Of a stretch of DNA of 32,000 bases, positions 25,243 through 31,793 are shown one piece after another. Location: assembly GCA_041494705.1 (NCBI GenBank), contig JBGQBI010000006.1, positions 169,559-201,558 of the forward strand, in the 5' to 3' direction. A model generated the notes under the pieces. It searched no databases. It was not told the DNA's origin and saw only the letters and a program-made list of their open reading frames with translations. A program made the position numbers and the translations under genes. Positions within the stretch are counted from its first letter, which is position 1. Each line of letters begins with the position of its first letter. The DNA comes from Candidatus Methanoperedens sp. (GTDB lineage Archaea; Halobacteriota; Methanosarcinia; Methanosarcinales; Methanoperedenaceae).

Positions 25243-26631
25243 TCATACGATAGGCAGCGTCAATATCCTTACTCCGATGCCCAGATAAACAACTGCAACA
25301 ATACTCACGGCGAGCATGCCCTGTTTCAGCTCATGTTCACTATTTGATACCTTTTTGCTGATAAGATACCCTGCCCATATGGTAAATATGAAACCGGCAC
25401 TTAATAATGCTATTTGCATATGGTCAATGGCATCAAAATCTACTGCGAATTCCCATACTTTACCGAAGAGCTGCCCTATGACGCCAGCAATGAAAAACAG
25501 CCCTTTTAATAAACGGAATGTGTTTTCAGCCAGATAAACGGACAGGCTTAAAGGAAGGAATGCGTAGGACAGCTCGATAAATTTTTGTTTTGTATTCTTT
25601 CCTGAAAAGGACATTTTTGCAGAGAGATGCATCAGGCCTGCCGCGCCCAGTGTTATCGCCGCGAATATAATGATTGCCCACATATTTCTCCAGTAAAGGT
25701 CAAGGAAAGTGATTGAATTGTAAGGAAGTGTGGATTTGACAAAATTGATAATCATATTCCTGAATTGCAGCCGTTCCATTCCCAGTACAAAGAGGAAGAT
25801 AACGATAATGCCATGAACCAGGTATGCCTCGTCAAGATGTGTTTTTTTCATATTGACTACATCGGCGCCGGGAAGCCTCGGGCTTATGCGGATATTGTCT
25901 TTTGAACATGATTTGACGCATTCCATGCACATGATACACTGGTTATTGCGTTCCATGGTCTGCGGGGATTCGCCGACTGGGCAGGCTTTACCGGCTTCGT
26001 TACCGATGACGCATTCCTTGATATCATGGTCCTGGCAGGTTTTTTTCGACTTGCAGCGAAGTTCTGTTGCAGAGAGCATGGAGAATAAACCGAGCACAAG
26101 CCCGATAGGACAGATATAACGGCAAAAACTTCGTTTTTCATAAATGAATCCCATCAATATAGCAAGACCGGTGAAGAATAAAAGCAGGTATGCGGTGTTC
26201 GGCGGATTCCTCGTAAACATGAAAAGATGCCGCTCAGCAGCGAAAATGAACAGGAAGAATATAACCGCTATCCAGAGATTGCGGTACTTTTCAGGATATT
26301 TCTTTTTAACACTATAGACAGATTGCGTCCAGTCGCCGACTGCTCCTATGGGACAGGCAAAACACCAGAGCCTTCCAAAAATGATGAGCGTAAAAACAAG
26401 TAGTGGATGCCAGATATCCCATATCATGGTTGTTGCAAACGGTATCCCGCCGCGGAAACGCAGGTCGGGTTCGCTTGACAGCCCGAAATAAATAATTATC
26501 AAGAGCGCTATGAAAAAAATTACATTGACAGCAGGCCTGAAGAACCTATTTTTTACAAGATTCCTGAAAAAATAGACATCAAGCAAATCGGATTTTTCTG
26601 CATTATCGTTATTTTCATTGTTTTTATCCAT
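25243..26631 (-). CDS. Polytopic membrane Fe-S protein of the NapH/NosR/CcoG(FixG) type
   Basis: 462 aa. It has two membrane-edge CX3CP motifs (WCFACPIG, FCRYICPIG) and a central Cys-rich soluble segment including CIMCMECVKSC (CxxCxxCxxxC). About 10 hydrophobic helices are present. Confidence 0.8.
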   Translation of the reverse strand: MDKNNENNDNAEKSDLLDVYFFRNLVKNRFFRPAVNVIFFIALLIIIYFGLSSEPDLRFRGGIPFATTMIWDIWHPLLVFTLIIFGRLWCFACPIGAVGDWTQSVYSVKKKYPEKYRNLWIAVIFFLFIFAAERHLFMFTRNPPNTAYLLLFFTGLAILMGFIYEKRSFCRYICPIGLVLGLFSMLSATELRCKSKKTCQDHDIKECVIGNEAGKACPVGESPQTMERNNQCIMCMECVKSCSKDNIRISPRLPGADVVNMKKTHLDEAYLVHGIIVIFLFVLGMERLQFRNMIINFVKSTLPYNSITFLDLYWRNMWAIIIFAAITLGAAGLMHLSAKMSFSGKNTKQKFIELSYAFLPLSLSVYLAENTFRLLKGLFFIAGVIGQLFGKVWEFAVDFDAIDHMQIALLSAGFIFTIWAGYLISKKVSNSEHELKQGMLAVSIVAVVYLGIGVRILTLPIV

Positions 26632-26637
26632 GTTTCC

Positions 26638-27363
26638 TCAAATCAACGCCGGAAAATAAGGCAGCAATTTTGCCTGGAGATATTTATCAATCCCGAAGAG
26701 CATCATCAATCCGAGAAGTATTAAAATCAGGCCTGAGAGCCTCTTAAAGAAATGCCCTCTTTTCACAAACCAGCTTACCCTGCCCGAAATGCTCTTGCCC
26801 GAATATGCTATGGCAAGCATCGGAAGGCTGACGCCAAGTGAATATGCTATCAGCAGGAAAGTACCATGCAGGAGATTGCCTGTGCTTGCGGTACTTTCAG
26901 CCACATAAGCAAACACCGCGCCGAGAATCGGGCCCACGCACGGTATCCAGAGAATTCCAAGGGACATGCCCAGGAAGAAACCGCCTGTTATTCCTTCCCT
27001 TGGCGCGATTGAAGAGATTTTCCCGAAAAATGATACATGCGCACGGGCAAAGTTAACAATAGAACTTGAAAAATTCACGAATGCATTGTTAATATCATCA
27101 TCAAATAATACGGCTCCCATTCCGATAATGAAAAATATCGAGAACCAGCGAAGGTATTCTGCAAAAAATGAAAAAGAAGTGAGCGCAGAAACAAGTAGTC
27201 CCATAAGCGTGAAGGTTATGGACATGCCAGTGACTATGGCAACGGGACGAAGACGGCTGCCCACAGAACCCGAAAGCACTGCGGGCAGGATGGGAAGAAC
27301 ACATGGCGTTATCACTGTCGCCATGCCTGCTAAGAAAACCAGGAATACCGATGGTGCTGGCAT
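26638..27363 (-). CDS. ccdA: CcdA/DsbD-family transmembrane thiol-disulfide electron transporter
   Basis: 241 aa with the two conserved membrane Cys contexts VITPCVLPILP and WIPCVGPILGA. Confidence 0.88.
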   Translation of the reverse strand: MPAPSVFLVFLAGMATVITPCVLPILPAVLSGSVGSRLRPVAIVTGMSITFTLMGLLVSALTSFSFFAEYLRWFSIFFIIGMGAVLFDDDINNAFVNFSSSIVNFARAHVSFFGKISSIAPREGITGGFFLGMSLGILWIPCVGPILGAVFAYVAESTASTGNLLHGTFLLIAYSLGVSLPMLAIAYSGKSISGRVSWFVKRGHFFKRLSGLILILLGLMMLFGIDKYLQAKLLPYFPALI

Positions 27364-28626
27364 TTATGTTCTGGCTTCTGCGTCTATATTGTCGTTGTCC
27401 GCCTGGATTGTTGTCAGATCGCCTGTCTCCTTTATAATCAATATATTGCCTTTCATTTGGGGATTATACGTCTTAAAACCAGCGGAAATTGATTTATTGT
27501 CTGTTATATTGAACGCCTTGACAAGCTCAACCTTGCCGGAAACCGGGGTCATGCTCATATAATTTATATCAGAAAACTTGTGTGGCTCAGTTATTACACG
27601 CGCATAAGCGGCGCCCTGGTAATCAACTGCATCAAGCAGCGGTTTATAGGTAGAATATGATGTGGTCATGCCATGCGGGTCTTTTATCAATTTCAATACG
27701 TTATCCACGTTCTGGGTGTGCCCGTAAATAAGCGGTCTTGTATATATGATGTTTTCATATCCTTGTTCAGCATGCGCCTTCAGTGTTTCATCTTTTGTGC
27801 TGTCATAACCCAGGTCATGCAATTCGATCCAAGAAGTAGGGCTGTAATCTGCGCTGTACATGCCGATTATCGTTTTGCCGTAGAACGAATCAGGCTCTAC
27901 GTAAGTCTCTAAATACTTCGCCTCCAGCTCTGTTCCGGCAATCATTTTGGTATTGATGAAATAAGCACTGTTGACGCCTGCCGGTGTAAGGTTCAGGCCA
28001 TCTGCAAGTGATTTGAAATTGGAAGGCAGGCTGTATTTTGAAAGGTCAAGCACAGCTGGCGTTGGGGCAACGGTTGGTATTCCAGCCGCTTTGGGTGAGA
28101 GTATGGGTATATAACCATCTCTTACAGGAAGCGTGTTTGTATTCTGACCCGGGTATTTGGTGCCGTATTCCTGGTCTATAAGCGCCCGTGCTTCCGTTAG
28201 CGTCTTGCCCTGTGTAAGGTAATCCTGGACTTTTATGGCCTCTCCGACACATGTATCACAGAATGAGGCATGTTCATCGTATGTCCAGTCATCGTGAATG
28301 AAACAGTCTCGCAGGAACCTGTGACCCGAATGCCCGCCGCAACCGCAGTAGCATGGTATTTGTTCAAGCAGGTCAGGATGTTCGGTGGCATACGTGTATG
28401 CTTTAAGTGTCAGGGGGTTTGTATAAACGTAACTTGGGAATTTTATTTGATTAGCAGATGTTTTCGTGGATGTGGAACTGCTGGTTGTACCTGAAAAGAG
28501 AGCATACGCTGCCCCGGCAAGTAAGATTACAGCTACAACTCCAATGATCAACGTACTATTTCCTTTATTTTTCTGGATTTTTTCATCCTTTGCTTTCACA
28601 GTTTTTGCTTTTTTTTCGGGCTTCAT
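27364..28626 (-). CDS. Membrane-anchored PCYCGC-domain protein with uncharacterised ~230-aa C-terminal domain
   Basis: It has an N-terminal TM helix and an S/T-rich linker. The domain sequence is AYTYATEHPDLLEQIPCYCGCGGHSGHRFLRDCF....DEHASFCDTC....LTQGKTLTEARALIDQEYG (PCYCGC family pattern). The start was chosen at ATG 28626, 7 nt after a GAGG; the track start at 28650 is a TTG overlapping the upstream gene. Confidence 0.75.
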   Translation of the reverse strand: MKPEKKAKTVKAKDEKIQKNKGNSTLIIGVVAVILLAGAAYALFSGTTSSSTSTKTSANQIKFPSYVYTNPLTLKAYTYATEHPDLLEQIPCYCGCGGHSGHRFLRDCFIHDDWTYDEHASFCDTCVGEAIKVQDYLTQGKTLTEARALIDQEYGTKYPGQNTNTLPVRDGYIPILSPKAAGIPTVAPTPAVLDLSKYSLPSNFKSLADGLNLTPAGVNSAYFINTKMIAGTELEAKYLETYVEPDSFYGKTIIGMYSADYSPTSWIELHDLGYDSTKDETLKAHAEQGYENIIYTRPLIYGHTQNVDNVLKLIKDPHGMTTSYSTYKPLLDAVDYQGAAYARVITEPHKFSDINYMSMTPVSGKVELVKAFNITDNKSISAGFKTYNPQMKGNILIIKETGDLTTIQADNDNIDAEART

Positions 28627-28639
28627 TTTCATGCCTCTT

Positions 28640-29098
28640 TTATGTTGCAATTTTATTTATTGTGTTAAGAAACGTTTCAGTATCCGTATATCCGGGTATC
28701 CTTTTTATCTCGGTGCCGTTTGAATCAAGAAATATCTCTGTGGGTGTGCCGTGTACCCTGAAATTCCTGGTTTCGTTTTTCTGGTTGTACACATCTATTG
28801 AAACCAATATGAAGTTTCCGTTTAATGTCTTTATTACGCTCTGGTTTGTGAAGGTTTCTTCTTCAAATTTCTTGCACCATCCGCATGATTCAGACCTTGC
28901 ATAAACAAATACCGGCTTGCCCTGTGCTTTTGCAGCGCCCAGCGCTATGGAAGGGTCGGTATAGAATTTCACACCTTGAAGAGTTAATTTTTCTGAGTCA
29001 GGGTTATTTGGTGAAGTACCTGCGTTACTCGCCTGGGAAGTCAAGCAACCTGAGATAATCACAAGCAGGGCAAGTAATATGAATATCGATTTCTTCAA
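28640..29098 (-). CDS. Thioredoxin-fold lipoprotein (CGWC), Trx paralogue 1
   Basis: 152 aa with a signal peptide and lipobox (VIISGC) and the redox motif SESCGWCKKF. It appears to start at a TTG; no in-frame ATG would preserve the signal peptide. Confidence 0.8.
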   Translation of the reverse strand: MKKSIFILLALLVIISGCLTSQASNAGTSPNNPDSEKLTLQGVKFYTDPSIALGAAKAQGKPVFVYARSESCGWCKKFEEETFTNQSVIKTLNGNFILVSIDVYNQKNETRNFRVHGTPTEIFLDSNGTEIKRIPGYTDTETFLNTINKIAT

Positions 29099-29108
29099 GT
29101 GAATCTAA

Positions 29109-29135
29109 CTTTACAATGCATGTAAAGTAATATAA
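29109..29135 (-). promoter_or_regulatory. TATA box + CTTTAC-N7-GTAAAG palindrome (site 1)
   Basis: The minus-strand read is TTATATTA-CTTTAC-ATGCATT-GTAAAG. The palindrome ends 11 nt before the TTG start of Trx1. Confidence 0.45.
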
Positions 29136-29169
29136 GGATTTTGGTTATGACTGAAATTTCAGCAAATTT

Positions 29170-29196
29170 AAAAAAAGAGGAGACGGATGGCTCCCC
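29170..29196 (-). terminator. Hairpin + T7 terminator after the TP-rich lipoprotein gene
   Basis: The minus-strand read is GGGGAG-ccatccgt-CTCCTC followed by TTTTTTT, about 28 nt after the stop at 29224. Confidence 0.45.
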
Positions 29197-29223
29197 TGTT
29201 GAATTAAAGGCTTCTAAGTGAAG

Positions 29224-29769
29224 TCAGTACCCGTACCCTGAAGTGGTTGCCGTCGCGGTTGAAGTGGCAATCGATGGAATCGATGTGGCGTTTAAAGGCG
29301 CAGTTATGGTAATCATCCGCTCATCAGACCAGTAGTTTGCGCCGCCGATTATTGCATGCGCCCTGTAATATACGACTCCGGCTTTGTTAATTACAATAGT
29401 TGCATTGAACTCCGCAGGTATCATGCCCGAAATCGGCGTTGTTAAGCTGGGATAGCTCGCAAGCGTGAGAGGCTCAGATTTCGACACCGGGCCGTAATGT
29501 ATCGCAGTGTGCTGAATATTGACCTGGATTGGATTGTTGACCCGCCACGATACCACAAACCCCTGTCCTGCTACCGCTGTAGCCGGTGCATTTAAGACCT
29601 CAACGCTTGCGCCAGGCGTTGGCGTGGCAGTAGTGGGTGTTGGAGTCGGCGTCATGACCGGTGTAACGATCGGCGTGGGAGTGCCTTTTGGTGCGCTCAC
29701 ACAGCCCGAAATTAACGAAGATACGATAGCAATAGCAGCTATCCAAATAATAATTTTACCCCTTATCAT
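29224..29769 (-). CDS. Secreted lipoprotein with Thr/Pro-rich linker and unassigned beta-rich domain
   Basis: 181 aa with a signal peptide and lipobox (LISGC) and the linker TPTPIVTPVMTPTPTPTTATPTP. A ~110-aa domain follows (..HTAIHYGP...ANYWSDE..). A GGAGG Shine-Dalgarno lies 8 nt upstream. Confidence 0.6.
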   Translation of the reverse strand: MIRGKIIIWIAAIAIVSSLISGCVSAPKGTPTPIVTPVMTPTPTPTTATPTPGASVEVLNAPATAVAGQGFVVSWRVNNPIQVNIQHTAIHYGPVSKSEPLTLASYPSLTTPISGMIPAEFNATIVINKAGVVYYRAHAIIGGANYWSDERMITITAPLNATSIPSIATSTATATTSGYGY

Positions 29770-29812
29770 AGATAAACCTCCAATGATTACTTATCTAATA
29801 TGGTATTTAAAA

Positions 29813-31456
29813 TCATCTCTCGCCCATCGAGATATAATCCAGTACCTTTCCCCTTATCGAAGTCCGGTTGATGACGTCTTCTATGTTCCTGAACGGCTTT
29901 CCCCTCATTATTTCTACAACCTGTTGTTTTCCTATTCCCGGAAGCATCTGGAGCAATTTAACGGGCGCCGTGTTTATATCTACGGGCACTGGAATCCCTG
30001 TAATAGACCTGTGACCGTGGTCAGTTACAAGTATATCGAAAGATTTGTTTAATTCAAGCTTCATTGGGATTCCGACGAGAAGGGGGTACGTCCCAAGCTG
30101 CCGGGCAAATGTTATTTTATCGTACACTTCAGTCCTCACGTCCTTCAGTATGGTTCCCGCGGGCACAACGCGCCGAAGCATAGGAAGGTCAATTTCATTT
30201 CGGATTTTTTCCTTGTAGCGAAGGAACATATCCTTGTTTTTCCTTACAAGCTCGTCATGACCTGACATCGGCGTGCCTGCAAACGTCATTACCTGCCTGA
30301 TATTCACCCTGCGCACCATAAGACCGCTATCCAGCACTTTTTTTAAGAATTCAAAGTTTAGCTCAAAAGTTTTTTTTGTCTCGCCCTTCAAGCCGTGCAC
30401 GAAGTTTATCCCTGGCAAAAGTTCAGGAAGACCGCTTGCTCCCCGTGCTGCCCCGACTTCATTTAAGAGTTTTATGGCTTCAAAAACCTCATCCGGCGCA
30501 GCTTTCAGGTCATTCGCCCTTATTACGTCAGGGTCTGCGCTTTCCATGCCCAGAGCCGCCACGTCCCCGGATGTATGATAACGTACAATGATTTTCGCAA
30601 TCTCCCGCGATTCATCCGGATACCGCGCAAGCGTTACAGGATTCGCGTTGTCCATGTGAAGCACCTTGAGTCCGGGTGCCGCATTCCTTATCCCGCTGTA
30701 GAGTTCCTCCAATGCCTCGGGATTCGGGATGCCATTTTTTGCCCGGTACATGAATAAATCAGGCTGCCTGCCTATCCTGAAATAGCGCGCGCCGTGGGCA
30801 TAGAGCGCCGCTGCTTCCTTAATCACATCTTTTATTTCACGGTAATCGGGTTTCCCGTAGAAGGGTTCGGTGCAGAAAGAACAGTGCGAGTGGCGCGGGC
30901 ATCCGCGGTAGGTTTCAAGCTCGCACATCACAAAAGGATAATCAGGATGCTGGCGGATTATGAATGCGCCTTTTTCGCCCCATCTCCCTATTTCCGATGT
31001 CGTTCTCATCCTGTGTTCCACGGCGTCAGGGTCTTTCATGTTACCAAGCAAATCGTAAACAAATGCCTCTATGTCCTTTTTCGAAAGTGTGATTCCCGGA
31101 ACAGCCAGTTCTTTTGCGGACGAGCCGCCTTCCTCACCGAAACCCAGCCTGATAGGTCCACCGATTATCTTTGTACCTTCAAGATGCGAGAGTTCCCTTA
31201 GCTCGCCCCGGGTTATCGGCGTTGCTCTTAAGTATTTTCCGGGAACGGTCATCCCGGCGATAATTACGATGAGGTCGAACCTGAAAGCTTCTTTACGCAG
31301 GCGCAACTGGTCTATGGTACGATAGGTTATATCATGCTCCGGTACACCCCTTTCAACAAGAGCGCCAGCTATATACCTCGGATAGGGCGCCATGTACGGC
31401 GGTACGCCAAGGCATGCCGGTTCATCCACGTAACCATCGATTATCAGAACGCGCAT
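29813..31456 (-). CDS. Radical SAM superfamily protein with non-canonical CX5CX2C motif and C-terminal helix-hairpin-helix
   Basis: The N-terminus is MRVLIIDGYVDEPACLGVPPY. The cluster motif is YRGCPRHSHCSFC. The C-terminal LLQMLPGIGKQQVVEIM is HhH-like. The start is either ATG 31456 (preferred, since a TATA-like ATATAAAT lies about 36 nt upstream) or ATG 31480. Confidence 0.85.
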   Translation of the reverse strand: MRVLIIDGYVDEPACLGVPPYMAPYPRYIAGALVERGVPEHDITYRTIDQLRLRKEAFRFDLIVIIAGMTVPGKYLRATPITRGELRELSHLEGTKIIGGPIRLGFGEEGGSSAKELAVPGITLSKKDIEAFVYDLLGNMKDPDAVEHRMRTTSEIGRWGEKGAFIIRQHPDYPFVMCELETYRGCPRHSHCSFCTEPFYGKPDYREIKDVIKEAAALYAHGARYFRIGRQPDLFMYRAKNGIPNPEALEELYSGIRNAAPGLKVLHMDNANPVTLARYPDESREIAKIIVRYHTSGDVAALGMESADPDVIRANDLKAAPDEVFEAIKLLNEVGAARGASGLPELLPGINFVHGLKGETKKTFELNFEFLKKVLDSGLMVRRVNIRQVMTFAGTPMSGHDELVRKNKDMFLRYKEKIRNEIDLPMLRRVVPAGTILKDVRTEVYDKITFARQLGTYPLLVGIPMKLELNKSFDILVTDHGHRSITGIPVPVDINTAPVKLLQMLPGIGKQQVVEIMRGKPFRNIEDVINRTSIRGKVLDYISMGER

Positions 31457-31602
31457 AGAGCAAACTGTATCAGAAGCCATTCATTGGAATTTATATCCTA
31501 TACTGGTCAGATTGGTAACAATGGAAGCGTTACTAATAAAAGTATCTCGTTCATGGGATTTTTAGGAAAATTCGAATCGAAAAAAACCAGAGCAAAAAAA
31601 TA

Positions 31603-31639
31603 TTCACCGCAAAGCACGCAAAGTACGCAAAGCAGAGAC
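31603..31639. repeat. Repeat element, copy D (solo arm)
   Basis: ttcaccgcaaagcacgcaaagtacgcaaagcagagac is CACC plus three CGCAAAG-NN units. No inverted partner is visible nearby. Confidence 0.6.
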
Positions 31640-31653
31640 GGAATATAAACAGC

Positions 31654-31680
31654 GAACTCAATATGAACTCTTACGAACTC
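31654..31680. repeat. Three helically phased GAACTC direct repeats
   Basis: GAACTC starts at 31654, 31665 and 31675, a spacing of 11 and 10 bp, in non-coding DNA. Confidence 0.3.
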
Positions 31681-31781
31681 AGAATTAAATATTTTCAACT
31701 GTCCGGCGCGCCGATAGAAACCGATGCAGCTTCTATGCAGATCAAAATTATAAACCGCAGATTTGTAAATTCAGTAACTCA

Positions 31782-31793
31782 AGTAACGTTACT
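31782..31793. promoter_or_regulatory. Perfect 12-bp palindrome AGTAACGTTACT
   Basis: The sequence is self-complementary, and a partial third AGTAAC half-site lies at 31773-31778. A related CGTTACTAA 9-mer recurs at 31528-31536. Confidence 0.3.

Noticed and set aside
31507-31698. 63-aa minus-strand ORF containing LLCVLCVLCGE
   Set aside because: It is the translation of the tandem 9-bp CGCAAAG-NN repeat arm (copy D) plus AT-rich spacer. The periodicity is a repeat artefact, not coding signal.
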